64,000 nt of DNA from Polyangiaceae bacterium (GTDB taxonomy: Bacteria; Myxococcota_A; Polyangia; Polyangiales; Polyangiaceae), in NCBI GenBank assembly GCA_965222375.1, contig CBDCTZ010000016.1, forward strand, positions 3,040,001-3,104,000, in the 5' to 3' direction. This document shows, piece by piece, positions 29,840 through 39,756 of this stretch. How positions within the stretch are numbered: the stretch's first letter is position 1; each line of letters starts with the position of its first letter. The translations under genes were made by a program, and so were the position numbers. The notes below the pieces were generated by a model. The model did no database searches. It was not told the origin of the DNA and saw nothing but the letters and a program-made list of their open reading frames with translations.

Positions 29840-31700
29840 TGTCCTAGCCCAGCGACATTTACCCTCAAAAATACGGCCGAAATGACCTCCCATTCGTTCA
29901 CCCATCTCGCCCTCGCATCAGCGGAAGCTCGGTGCATGACGGGCGGCGACAGCTCTGGAGGAACAACCACAAGCAAATGTGGACGCAAGAGGGAGCAAGC
30001 GGACGCAGCGAGCCGTTTGCGCGCTAACCACGCGCGCACAGAGTCCATGGGACGCACCCGGTCAAGCCGCTTCGGCGAGCTCGACGATGGGCAAGTGCTT
30101 ACGCCCTCGAAAGGGCGTGACGACGAGGACGGGAGGCGCACGCGCGGTCAGATCGAGCTTGGGCCGACAGGCATAGCCTCGGAGTTTCTCGAGGGGCGTC
30201 GCGCCCTGCAAGGATTGATGCGGCCGAAATTCATTGTACCAAGCGATGTACGCATCCAGCTCAGCACGCATGGCTTGGACGGAAAACGGCACGTGGATGA
30301 TCCGAAAGGATTCGTCCTTCATCGACAGCCAGAAGCGCTCGATGAAAGCGATGCTGCCACTCTTGCCGACGGCGCCGAAGCGCGGCTTGGCTCCGACGCA
30401 CTTGCACCAGGCACGATACTTGTTTCGAAACTGCGCGCCCTGGTCACTGATGATGTGCTTGGGCGGCGTAGCGACGTGCTCTACCGCACGGGACAGCACT
30501 CGACAGACATCTTCAGCACTCGGCTGGGCCTTGAAGACGCCTTTAGCGAGCACGACGCGGCTGTACTGATCCATGACGGCGCAGACCCACCAGCAGAAAG
30601 GCCAGCACTGGGGCAGACTGAAGGGCAGCCAAGCGGTCCAGAATCCTCCGACGATGGGCACCAAGGTCATGTCCACGTTCCAGACGTGATGGGCGTATCG
30701 AGCCCGGACACCATGACGGCGCGGCGGTGTCGCCGCCTCCAGTCCGCAGGCTTCGGCCGCCTCGGCCGCACCGCCTGGCGGAGCGTTCGACTCGGGAGGG
30801 CTCGGCGGCTCGGGCGGCAGCTTTCGCTCTTGCAAACGCTCGACCGTCGAGGCTGCGAGCACGAGCCCAGCCCGAGCGAGCAGCTGAGCCTTGCGCACTT
30901 TGCCAAAGCTAGGCACCTGGGAGGCCAGCTGCTGCACGACGAGGGCGTAGTAGTCAGGCAACTTGTTGACGGGGTGGGACAAGTCGAGCAGCGCCTGCTG
31001 CCCACCTTCATCGACGCGCTTGGTCCAGTTGGCGATGGTGGCTGCCGACACCTGGAACACTCTTGCTGTTGCAGCAGCATTCCAGTGAGCCTGCGCTCGC
31101 ACCGCCAAGATGCTCATGCGCTCCTTGGGGGCGTAGTGAGGACGCTGAGCCGGCGGGATCCGCGCCATGCGAGCGTCTTTGATACGCGCCACTTCGGTGA
31201 GCAGAGCGACTTGCCTTTCAAGCCGAGCTGCCTTTGCCGCAAGGCGGACGCGGGACAGACGACTGTTGAGGCACCAGGAGTGGCTGCGCACGACGGCATC
31301 ATGAGCCAAGGCCACGGCACACAGGAAAGCTCGTTGCACACAAGCCGGCCAAACGTCAGGCACCGGCACCTGCAGATCTTTCCCCATGAAATCATGGTCT
31401 CGACGACGCGGCAGCGCGTCAATTGCCGGCAACCGCCTTCACTCGAGCGGGCCGACCCAGCCCGACGGCATAGTCATTGTCCATGCCACCCGGCAGCGAA
31501 AGGATGGCGTGACGCAGCTCTGCCTGAGCACCAACGCTTCACACGCCCCGGGCACGATCATTGTACATGCCAAGTGCCTCGAAACTTCGCGCAGGTGCGC
31601 GCACGAAACCGATCAACACAAGGCTCGAACCACGATAAAATGATCCGCTGGGGCCTTCCGATCCCGCGGAACGCGGATGGTCTTTGACAGCTCAACACAG
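29840..31700 (-). mobile_element. IS-like element with integrase-core transposase (right boundary uncertain)
   Basis: Starts with TGT exactly where rhs homology ends; encodes a DDE transposase. Confidence 0.7.
30062..31432 (-). CDS. integrase-core (rve/DDE) transposase with HTH
   Basis: HVWNVDMT, AVMDQYSR, IISDQGAQF, IERFWLSMKDE, WYNEFRPHQSLQGATP. Confidence 0.88.
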   Translation of the reverse strand: MPAIDALPRRRDHDFMGKDLQVPVPDVWPACVQRAFLCAVALAHDAVVRSHSWCLNSRLSRVRLAAKAARLERQVALLTEVARIKDARMARIPPAQRPHYAPKERMSILAVRAQAHWNAAATARVFQVSAATIANWTKRVDEGGQQALLDLSHPVNKLPDYYALVVQQLASQVPSFGKVRKAQLLARAGLVLAASTVERLQERKLPPEPPSPPESNAPPGGAAEAAEACGLEAATPPRRHGVRARYAHHVWNVDMTLVPIVGGFWTAWLPFSLPQCWPFCWWVCAVMDQYSRVVLAKGVFKAQPSAEDVCRVLSRAVEHVATPPKHIISDQGAQFRNKYRAWCKCVGAKPRFGAVGKSGSIAFIERFWLSMKDESFRIIHVPFSVQAMRAELDAYIAWYNEFRPHQSLQGATPLEKLRGYACRPKLDLTARAPPVLVVTPFRGRKHLPIVELAEAA

Positions 31701-31741
31701 CACGGCCTGCGGCACGAGGCGCCGCAGGCCCACGGCTGAGT

Positions 31742-32002
31742 TCACCCGAGGGCTTGGCGCACGAGGGCCACAGCCGCGTCGATGTCGCGGACGACGAGCT
31801 CGGCGTCGATACGCAGGACGCGCCAACCGGCGCGCTGCAGCGCCCGGTCGCGGCGGGCATCCCTGGTAGCGAAGCGAGCATGATAAAGACCATCCACTCC
31901 ACGGCTAGACGGCGAGAGGGCGCGCACAGGTCAACGATAAACTGACCGACGACATATTCACGCCTGAAGCCAACTCCAAGCTGCTTGCCCTTCAAGTGGG
32001 AC
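31742..32002 (-). pseudogene. DUF559 endonuclease-like fragment, frameshifted and 5' truncated
   Basis: LKGKQLGVGFRREYVVGQFIVDLCAPSRRLAVE in one frame, continuing as [25 protein letters not shown] in another. Confidence 0.8.
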
Positions 32003-32054
32003 TGTGAGCATGCATGAGAAAGTGATCCACTTGCATGCACGAAAAGTGATCCAC
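32003..32054 (+). mobile_element. isolated IS21-like terminal sequence
   Basis: TGT start followed by two copies of GCATGCA..GA(A)AAGTGATCCACT; sits at the truncation point of the DUF559 gene. Confidence 0.6.
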
Positions 32055-32148
32055 TAACGCGGCGTCAGAAGCAGGTCTCGGTATGAACAGCTGGGCAGAT
32101 AGTCGCTTCGAGAGCCGAGAAGGCCGAGCTTGTCCGAGAGGAGGAGCG

Positions 32149-32499
32149 GCGAGGACGGGCGGAGTACGCGCGGTCAGATCGAGCTTGGGCCGACAGGCAT
32201 GGCCTCGGAGTTTCTCCAGGGGCGTTGCGCCCTGCAGGGATTGATGCGGTCGAAATTCATTGTACCAAGTGATGTAGGCATCCAGCTCAGCATGCATGGC
32301 TTGGACGGAAAACGGCACAGGGATGATCCGAAAGGATTCGTTTTTCATCGACAGCCAGAAGCGCTCAATGAAAGCGATGCTGCCACTCTTGCCGACGGCG
32401 CCGAAGCGGGGCCTGACTCCAACGCACTTGCACCACGCACGGTACTTGTTTTGAAACTGCGCGCCCTGGTCACTGATGATGTGCTTGGGCGGCGTAGCG
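32149..32499 (-). pseudogene. partial second copy of the transposase 3' region
   Basis: Direct repeat of ~30124-30472 (ATPPKHIISDQGAQF...LDLTAR). Confidence 0.85.
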
Positions 32500-32724
32500 G
32501 CGAATCCGGGGACCCAGCTCACCGAGGGTCAGCGCTGCGCTGCACGCGGAAACCCGATGGAAGCTGCAGACTGCAGATAGACCTGTGAGCGCGGAACCGC
32601 GCGGCGCTGCTGCGGGGCCTAGGGCGGGAGTAGAGGCCCAATGCCGCGCCATTGATGCGACCCAAACAAAACAACGATCCGCTTCTGGTTTCGGCTGCCC
32701 GAACCGCAGGCGCTAAGCGTCGCT

Positions 32725-33549
32725 CTATTCCACTGTGTCGATGTGCACGGCGGCGAACCAGCCGCGGGCGGTGAAGCTTTGGAACCAGCCGGAGAGTTCG
32801 GACTCGAGAGTGGCTTCCGAACCAGGGTGCGCCTTCGCTACAGCTTCGGCGGCCGGGACCAGCGGCGTGCCACGGCCGAGCTCTTCGAGCAGGGCGAGGG
32901 CCAATTCGGAAATGACGTCGTGATGCAGGTTGCGATCCTTGCCGCGGTAGACCACCAGGTGCTGAGGCTCGGGGGCTTCGGGCAGCTCCCACTCTTCTTG
33001 CAGTCGGACCTTGCGGCGTAGCTGGGCAACCGGGTAGCGAACTGTCTGCAACCGCAGAGCCGGACAGAGCTCGATACGGGCCGTTTGCCAGGCGGACTCT
33101 GGGATCGCGCTGAGTTGCTTCGAATCCAGAGGGGCGCTGTCTTCTGCGTCGAAGACTTCGACGTAAGCCCACTCCAAATGGGCCATGTCGACGCAGAGAT
33201 CGTGATTGGGCAGCCAATCGCATTGGGTCGCGAACTCGGGGAGCTTGCCCCCGAGGTCGCGCAGCGTGAAGGACTGCGGGGGAAAGGTCGCCAAGTACTC
33301 CTCGATGAGCCGTTCCCAGTGTTTCTGGCCGATGATGGCTCCTAGGGCTTCGAAGTCTTCGACCAGGCAGCTGGTATGGCGCAGCCAGAACTGCTCACGG
33401 TAGACTTCGAGTTGATCCTCGGGCCGCAGGCGCTCATTGCCGCCGATGTTCTGGCGTGCTTGGGCCGTGAGCTTGTCGTCGCGCTCGATGGCGCGGCGGC
33501 GTTGGAGGGCACCTGCCATCCAGATCTGGAGTTCGTTCAAGTCGCTCAT
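32725..33549 (-). CDS. DUF2063-family MNIO partner protein
   Basis: QLEVYREQFWLRH, LIEEYLATFPPQSFTLRDLG..LPEF, DMAHLEWA; start overlaps the DUF692 stop. Confidence 0.85.
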   Translation of the reverse strand: MSDLNELQIWMAGALQRRRAIERDDKLTAQARQNIGGNERLRPEDQLEVYREQFWLRHTSCLVEDFEALGAIIGQKHWERLIEEYLATFPPQSFTLRDLGGKLPEFATQCDWLPNHDLCVDMAHLEWAYVEVFDAEDSAPLDSKQLSAIPESAWQTARIELCPALRLQTVRYPVAQLRRKVRLQEEWELPEAPEPQHLVVYRGKDRNLHHDVISELALALLEELGRGTPLVPAAEAVAKAHPGSEATLESELSGWFQSFTARGWFAAVHIDTVE

Positions 33550-34559
33550 GCGCCCACCTCGCGCTCTCGGGGCCCGCCCTGCTTCCAACCATGGGAAGCG
33601 CTTTTGGGTGGGGCTTTGCGATTGAAGCGGTAGGGCTGCGACGGGCGCTTGACGGCATTTTCGGCCACGCCCCGACCCTTGCGATCGGCACGGGCGGCCA
33701 GCGCCTTGCTGCGCACGCCGCGCGCGCGCTCTGCCTCTGCCAGTAGCTCGGGCAGCGGCGGGATCTCGTCGTCCCATTCGATCAGGGTGGAGACGGGGCC
33801 TGCGAGTTCGATGGTCTGTCGGTACAAGTCCAGCACCGGGTCGATGACCTGCCCGGTGTGGGTATCGATGATGTAGTCGCCGAGGTTCGTGTGCCCCGCG
33901 AGGTGGATTTGCGTGATGCGCTCGTGGGGGATGTTGTGGATGAACTCGTAGGGGTCGAAGTCGTGGTTGTAGGCCGAGACATAGACGTTGTTCACATCGA
34001 ACATCAGGCCTACGTTGGCTTGTTCGGCAATTTCGGAGATGAATTGCCACTCCGTCATCGTGCTGTCGTTGTAGGTCAGGTAGCTGGATGTGTTCTCCAG
34101 CGCGAAGGGCAATTCCAGGAAGTCCTGGATCCTCTTGGCGCGTTCGACCACGCGCCTGACTGCTTCCTTGGTGTAAGGAAGCGGCAAGAGATCATGCAGG
34201 TTGGTGCCGTCGGCGGCGCACCAGCAGAAATGATCCGTGACCCACGGGGTCTTGGTTCGTCGGGTCAGTGCTTTGAGTCGTTCGAGATAATCAGCGTCGG
34301 GTTCGGCAGGGCTACCGATGCCCAGGGACACGCCGTGCTGCACCACGGGGTACGTCTCGAGTACGCGATCCAAGTGGTAGAGAGGCTTGCCACCTGCGAC
34401 CATGAAGTTTTCGCTGATGACCTCGAAGAAGTCGACGGCCGGCCTTTCTTCGATCACTTTTCTGTAGTGCGGAACGCGAAGGCCCACGCCAACACCCAGG
34501 TCATTGCCGGTGAAACTCAAAGGTCGCTCCCGTTGATATTCGTCAAGTGTCAGGTCCAA
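33546..34559 (-). CDS. DUF692 multinuclear non-heme iron-dependent oxidative enzyme (MNIO)
   Basis: GVGLRVPHY, EVISENF, HGVSL, TDHFCW, LLPLP, LENTSSY, FDVNNVYV, IHLAGH, IDTH, IEWD. Confidence 0.95.
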   Translation of the reverse strand: MDLTLDEYQRERPLSFTGNDLGVGVGLRVPHYRKVIEERPAVDFFEVISENFMVAGGKPLYHLDRVLETYPVVQHGVSLGIGSPAEPDADYLERLKALTRRTKTPWVTDHFCWCAADGTNLHDLLPLPYTKEAVRRVVERAKRIQDFLELPFALENTSSYLTYNDSTMTEWQFISEIAEQANVGLMFDVNNVYVSAYNHDFDPYEFIHNIPHERITQIHLAGHTNLGDYIIDTHTGQVIDPVLDLYRQTIELAGPVSTLIEWDDEIPPLPELLAEAERARGVRSKALAARADRKGRGVAENAVKRPSQPYRFNRKAPPKSASHGWKQGGPREREVGA

Positions 34560-34624
34560 ACATGCGAGCGGCCCGCATCGGAAACGATACGGGCCGCCAA
34601 CAGCAGAGTGAAGTCAGTCAACGC

Positions 34625-34891
34625 TTACTTGGGGCAGTGGGCGTTGCAACCGCCGTGACCCTTGCAATCGTTCTTACCCGCACAGTCGTTCTTGCCCTCG
34701 ACTGCACAGCCACCTTTGCCCTTGCACTCGTTCATGCCCTTGCAGCACTCCTTGGCGCCTGCGGCGGCGCCCGCCGGATCAGACGCACCAGCGGGAGCGT
34801 CCGCGGGGGTACCGCTGCCACCACAAGCTGTTAGAGCGCCGAGCATCACGCCGGTCGAAGCGGCTGCTGCAATAGTCTTGGAAAAGTTCAT
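34625..34891 (-). CDS. Cys-rich lipoprotein, putative MNIO RiPP precursor (bufferin-like)
   Basis: LTAC lipobox, Ala/Pro linker, two CxGxNxCKGxGGC repeats; first gene of the DUF692 operon. Confidence 0.85.
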   Translation of the reverse strand: MNFSKTIAAAASTGVMLGALTACGGSGTPADAPAGASDPAGAAAGAKECCKGMNECKGKGGCAVEGKNDCAGKNDCKGHGGCNAHCPK

Positions 34892-34965
34892 CCACGATTC
34901 TCCTGTTGTACGGGTTGGTCAAAACTGCTGAGCGGCCCGAAGTGCCGAGTCGCCCTGGCTTCCTC

Positions 34966-34993
34966 TTACGGTGCTGCCGGGATAACGGTTTCC
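34966..34993 (-). promoter_or_regulatory. possible ECF-sigma promoter (GGAAAC-N17-CGTAA)
   Basis: AAC-N17-CGT pattern ~75 nt upstream of the precursor gene. Confidence 0.4.
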
Positions 34994-35105
34994 GAACAGC
35001 GGGGCGAAGTCTATCTGCTAGAGTCTCGCTCCGACTAGTCCGCTGAGTTATTTGGCATTCTTGTCGGAATACGAGCGGAAAGTGGGGTCGGATCGGAGTT
35101 TGACC

Positions 35106-36473
35106 ATGTGGCCGAATCGCAGCCCAAAAAGAGCCTTCGTGGAGCGACGCAAGCGCCTGGAGCAAGGATTCAGTGGCGCCTTGGTCTTGGGGTCCGGGCT
35201 ATCCCGGCCCAAGAACTTTCCCCATAATCGCTTTCCGTTTCGGGCCGAGAGCCATTTCTTGTATTTCGTGGGCCGGCACCTGGAGGGTGCGGCTCTAGTG
35301 GTCGCGGACGCAGCGTCCACGCTGTACTGTCCGGAGCCGGATCCCGAGGAGGCGCTGTGGACTGGGGACAAACCGAGCCTCGCAGACCTCGAAGCGGTAC
35401 TGGGACTGCCCGTCCGCCCCATTGGAGAGCTGCCGAAGGCCGACTACGCGACCCTTCCCACGCAGGACTTGGACTCCACGGCGTGGCTCTCGGAGCTCAT
35501 CGATCGTGATCTCGAGGCAGGTAGCGGAGCTGAGCTAGCCGGCGCCGACCTCGCGCTGGGAGAGCTGATCATCGAAATTCGCCTGCGCCACGACGCCGCC
35601 GCCATCGCGCAGCTAGAGGTCGCCGCCGAAGCCACCGTCGAAGCGCACCGGGCCGGCATGAAGCACACCCGTCCGGGGATCCGAGAAGCCCAGGTGCGGG
35701 CGGCGATGGAGGCCTGTTTCACGGCCCGTGGCATGACCGCGTCCTACAACTCCATCGTGACGATTCAGGGGCAGGTGCTGCACAACGAACGCCATGATGG
35801 GCTGCTCGGCAACGGGGACCTGCTGCTCGCGGACGTTGGCGCCGAAACCGTCGAAGGCTGGGCGGGGGACGTCACGCGCACTTGGCCCGTGTCCGGGAAG
35901 ATGTCAGCGACTCAGCGTGCCATCTACGAAGTCGTATTGAAGGCGCAACTGGCGGCCATCGAGGCGGTTGCGCCCGGTGTGCGCTTCTTGGACGTGCACC
36001 GTACGGCCGGGCGCACTCTCGTCAGCGGGTTGGTGGAGCTGGGCGTACTTCGCGGCGATCCCGCAGATCTGCACGAACGGGGCGCAGGAGCGCTGTTCTT
36101 TCCCCATGGCGTTGGGCATCTGCTCGGACTGGACGTGCACGACATGGAGGATCTCGGGGACCGTGCTGGCTACGCTCCGGGGCGCAGTCGCGCGCCGTCG
36201 CCAGCGGATCGCTATCTGCGCTTGGATCGAGACCTAGAGCCCGCAATGGTGGTGACCATCGAGCCAGGCTTCTATCAAATCCCGCGCATTCTCGAGCGTC
36301 CGCGAGAAGTGGGAAATCTCGAAGGGGCGCTGGTGCGGGCGGAGCTGGAAAAGTTCGCCGACGTGAAGGGGATCCGCATCGAGGATGACGTGCTGGTGAC
36401 GGACACCGGGCGTCGGGTGCTGACCGAACAGGCTCCGAAAACGGTCGATGACGTCGAAGCGGCGATGAGCTGA
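35106..36473 (+). CDS. pepP: Xaa-Pro aminopeptidase (M24B)
   Basis: FRAESHFLY, LLADVGAE..GDVTRTWP, HGVGHLLGLDVHD, TIEPGFY, GIRIEDD. Confidence 0.9.
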   Translation: MWPNRSPKRAFVERRKRLEQGFSGALVLGSGLSRPKNFPHNRFPFRAESHFLYFVGRHLEGAALVVADAASTLYCPEPDPEEALWTGDKPSLADLEAVLGLPVRPIGELPKADYATLPTQDLDSTAWLSELIDRDLEAGSGAELAGADLALGELIIEIRLRHDAAAIAQLEVAAEATVEAHRAGMKHTRPGIREAQVRAAMEACFTARGMTASYNSIVTIQGQVLHNERHDGLLGNGDLLLADVGAETVEGWAGDVTRTWPVSGKMSATQRAIYEVVLKAQLAAIEAVAPGVRFLDVHRTAGRTLVSGLVELGVLRGDPADLHERGAGALFFPHGVGHLLGLDVHDMEDLGDRAGYAPGRSRAPSPADRYLRLDRDLEPAMVVTIEPGFYQIPRILERPREVGNLEGALVRAELEKFADVKGIRIEDDVLVTDTGRRVLTEQAPKTVDDVEAAMS

Positions 36474-36476
36474 GGG

Positions 36477-37691
36477 TCAGGCGTTCGCGACGGAAAGCCG
36501 CTCTTCTGCCGCCCGCACCTCATCGGCCCAGCTGGCTGGGGGCGGGGCGACAACCTCCACGACTTCGTGGGGTTTTGCGCCGCTCACGACGGCATCCCGG
36601 GCCTTGTCGGATCCCGTGAGCAAGTCGAAGGCAAGCTTGTCGGTCTCGAATTCGTAGGCGCGGGTGAGAAACTCGAAATCTTTGGGGGCTTGCTGCTGGG
36701 CCAGGCTGATCAGTGCCACGTAGGCCGCGACCGGGCGGAACAGGGATGGCTCGGTCACTTGAATGAAGGCGCCGTGGCAGACCTTGCCGGCGTGCTTCTC
36801 GAAGGTGGGGCGGAAATGCGCCGGGCGGATGTTAGCTCCCGCGATACCGAACTCGGCCCCCTCTCGGGCGAGCTGGTCGGCGTCCAAAAAGGGCGCGCCC
36901 ACGAGCTGGAAGGGCAGGGTCGTGCCTCGCCCCTCGGACAGGTTCGTGCCTTCGAGCAGACAGCCACCTGGGTAGACCAGGGCGGTCTCTACGGTCGGCA
37001 TGTTGGGGGATGGCGGCGCGAAGGGGCGGCGCCAGGCTTGGGCGGTGCGGTAGCGTTCCCACCCGGCGCAGGGCAGCACGGAAAGTGCGCCGTCGGGACC
37101 GAGAGCTAGCTCGTCCTTTGCCGCGAAGTGCGCCAACAGCTCACCGATGCTGAGGCAATGCCGAATGGGGAGCGGCTCCATACCGACGAAGGAGAGGTAC
37201 TCGGCATCCTGGGGGACTCCCTCGGCTTGAGAGGGATCGCCGGAGATCGGGTTCGGTCGGTCCAGTACCACGCAGTGCACGTTCGCTTTGGCAGCCGCCC
37301 GCACGGCGAGCAGCGCCGACCACGCATACGTGTAGTACCGGCTTCCGACGTCTGCGAGGTCGATCAGGAGCATGTCGATCTGCTCTAGATCCGATTGCTC
37401 GGGGGTCAGTGATTCCTTCGTCTTGCCGTACAGGCTCACGATCCGCGGGCCGTCATCGAGAGGGCCCGGTGAGTCCACTGCTTCCTCGGCTTGGGCCACT
37501 CCGTCCAGACCATGCTCTGGCGCGAACACCACGCTCGGGGCCGCCCCGAGATCTTCCAAGATCTCCAGTAGGCTGCGGCCCCGCCGATCCACGGCCGCCG
37601 AGTGGGTGAGGACGCCCACTCGAGCGTCTCGGAGCCTGCGCCGCAGGCGGCTCCGGGAGCTGCCAGTGAGTTGATCAATTCCAAAGTGCAT
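36477..37691 (-). CDS. namZ: DUF1343 / NamZ exo-beta-N-acetylmuramidase
   Basis: FAPEHG, SLYG, DLADVGSRYYTY, LDRPNPI, PPSPNMP, EGTNLSEGRGTTLPF. Confidence 0.88.
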   Translation of the reverse strand: MHFGIDQLTGSSRSRLRRRLRDARVGVLTHSAAVDRRGRSLLEILEDLGAAPSVVFAPEHGLDGVAQAEEAVDSPGPLDDGPRIVSLYGKTKESLTPEQSDLEQIDMLLIDLADVGSRYYTYAWSALLAVRAAAKANVHCVVLDRPNPISGDPSQAEGVPQDAEYLSFVGMEPLPIRHCLSIGELLAHFAAKDELALGPDGALSVLPCAGWERYRTAQAWRRPFAPPSPNMPTVETALVYPGGCLLEGTNLSEGRGTTLPFQLVGAPFLDADQLAREGAEFGIAGANIRPAHFRPTFEKHAGKVCHGAFIQVTEPSLFRPVAAYVALISLAQQQAPKDFEFLTRAYEFETDKLAFDLLTGSDKARDAVVSGAKPHEVVEVVAPPPASWADEVRAAEERLSVANA

Positions 37692-37787
37692 GCGGTTTTC
37701 CCTATCAGATTCGCCCAGATACGGGAATTCACCCCGACTACGCAACAAGGTGCAACTGGGCGACCGTTGGTGTAACCTTTTTGCACA

Positions 37788-39152
37788 GTGCGGCGCGTGC
37801 TCGTAGTTGATGACGAGGAGAACCTCCGGCTCGTGCTCCGCACGCTGCTGAAGCGCAACGCCTACGAGGTCGAAACCGCGGCCAGTGGCGAAGAAGCTCT
37901 GGAAATGGTCGAGACTTTTGGCCCCGACTTCGTGATTACGGACGTCCGCATGCCAAAAATGGGCGGACTGGATCTGCTCGCGACCCTCAAAGCCAAGGGC
38001 AATCCCGCGACGGTCATCGTGATGAGCGCCTACGGCAACACGGATCTCGCGATCGAGGCGCTCAAAGCTGGCGCCTACGATTACGTGCAGAAGCCCTTCA
38101 AGCCCGATGAAGTGGTGCTGGCCCTGCGCAAGGCGGAAGAGCGAGAGGTGCTGCGGCGCGAAAACCGCGCTCTGCGGGAAGAGATCCGCAAGGAAAACCA
38201 GTTCGAAGACATCTTGGCGAAGAGCGCCAGCATGCAGGCGATCTTTCGAACCATCACCAAGATCGCCGACTACAAGACGACGGTTCTGGTCAGCGGCGCG
38301 AGCGGGGTGGGCAAGGAGCTCGTGGCTCGAGCGATCCACCATCGCTCATCTCGCGACAGCGGCCCTTTCGTGCCCGTCAACTGTGGCGCAATCCCCGAGA
38401 ACCTTCTGGAAAGTGAGCTATTTGGCCACAAAAAGGGTGCCTTCACGGATGCGGTGGCGGATCGTCGCGGGCTGTTCGAGGAAGCGGACAAGGGGACGCT
38501 GTTTCTGGACGAGATCGGCGAGCTGCCTCTGGGCTTGCAGGTCAAGTTGCTGCGGGTGCTCGAGGACGAGCGGATCCGGCGCTTGGGCGAGGCGCGGGAC
38601 ATCCAAGTGGACGTGCGGATCATCGCCGCCACACACCGAGACTTGTTGACCGAGACCAAGGCGGGGCGGTTTCGCGAGGACCTGTTCTACCGACTCAATG
38701 TCTTGCCCATCAACGTGCCACCCCTTCGAGATCGTCGAGACGATATCCCGCTGTTGGTGGACCACTTCATCACGCGAAACAACGCTCGCTTGGGCACGGA
38801 GATCCGCGGCCTCGACGGCGAGTGTCGACGCCTACTCTACGAATACGCCTGGCCAGGCAACGTGCGAGAACTCGAAAACACGATCGAGCGAGCGATGGTG
38901 CTCGCCGAGGGGCAGCTGCTGACCGCGACAGATTTGCCGGAACGCATTCGGGAGGCCCGGGACCCGGTGCAACTGCAGCTGTCCAGCGGGGAGCTCTCGG
39001 TCAAGAAGACCATGCGGGTCATCGAGGAAATCCTGATCCGCCGCGCCCTGCAGAAAACCAAGGGCAACCGTACCCGCGCCGCCGAGGTGCTCGAAATCAG
39101 TCACCGGGCGTTGCTGTATAAAATCAAGGATTACCAAATCACGGACCTCTGA
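37788..39152 (+). CDS. sigma54-dependent response regulator (NtrC/AtoC family)
   Basis: Receiver domain, GASGVGKE, ESELFGHKKGAFTDA, FLDEIGE, WPGNVRELEN, Fis-type HTH. Confidence 0.95.
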   Translation: MRRVLVVDDEENLRLVLRTLLKRNAYEVETAASGEEALEMVETFGPDFVITDVRMPKMGGLDLLATLKAKGNPATVIVMSAYGNTDLAIEALKAGAYDYVQKPFKPDEVVLALRKAEEREVLRRENRALREEIRKENQFEDILAKSASMQAIFRTITKIADYKTTVLVSGASGVGKELVARAIHHRSSRDSGPFVPVNCGAIPENLLESELFGHKKGAFTDAVADRRGLFEEADKGTLFLDEIGELPLGLQVKLLRVLEDERIRRLGEARDIQVDVRIIAATHRDLLTETKAGRFREDLFYRLNVLPINVPPLRDRRDDIPLLVDHFITRNNARLGTEIRGLDGECRRLLYEYAWPGNVRELENTIERAMVLAEGQLLTATDLPERIREARDPVQLQLSSGELSVKKTMRVIEEILIRRALQKTKGNRTRAAEVLEISHRALLYKIKDYQITDL

Positions 39153-39239
39153 GCCGGGTCGAAGCAAGGGGAACTGGCTGCGCGCCGGGCCTCAGAAGGA
39201 TTGTCGCCATCGGCGAAATGCTGAACTAGGATAGGGATC

Positions 39240-39740
39240 ATGAAGAAGCTGGGTTTCTCATTGTTGGTGTTCGGGCTGGGTTGTGGGCCGTCCTACGGCG
39301 GTCAGGGCGTCAAGACACCGGAAGAACTGGTGGCCGAGCAGGAGGCGTTGGGCGCTGAGCAGGAAGCGGAAAGCGCAAAGCACAGCGATACCTACGACCC
39401 GGGTGACACCGAAACCGATCTGGAGAAGAAGGCGAAGTTCGACAAGAAACAGACGATCTTGGAGCTCAAGCGAGCTGCGCGTTCCGGCGAAACCTGCGCT
39501 GGGGCGGTGAGTGAGCCGGGGCCGACAGGCAAGGCCATGGTGACCATGACGTTCGCGAATGACGGACACGTCAAAGACATCTCCATTGGAGCGCCTTTCC
39601 CGGAAACGTCCACGGGCAAGTGCGTGCTCAACGCTATGAAGGCCGTGATCGTCCCCGCATACGTCGGGCCCGAAGAGACGATGGAGTGGGAAGTCGACGT
39701 CAAGGAAAGCGAGAAGAAGGACGACAAGAAGAAGAAGTGA
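39240..39740 (+). CDS. lipoprotein with TonB-C/AgmX-PglI-like C-terminal domain
   Basis: GLGC lipobox; C..G-GKAMVTMTFANDGHV..TGKCV pattern. Confidence 0.7.
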   Translation: MKKLGFSLLVFGLGCGPSYGGQGVKTPEELVAEQEALGAEQEAESAKHSDTYDPGDTETDLEKKAKFDKKQTILELKRAARSGETCAGAVSEPGPTGKAMVTMTFANDGHVKDISIGAPFPETSTGKCVLNAMKAVIVPAYVGPEETMEWEVDVKESEKKDDKKKK

Positions 39741-39756
39741 TTTGGTCCAGCTCGGC

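Noticed and set aside
29408..31687. 759 aa plus-strand ORF
   Set aside because: Out-of-frame over the rhs orphan and antisense to the transposase; a high-GC shadow ORF.
38436..38453. GAFTDA instead of GAFTGA in the sigma54 activator
   Set aside because: A common natural variant; not evidence of novelty.
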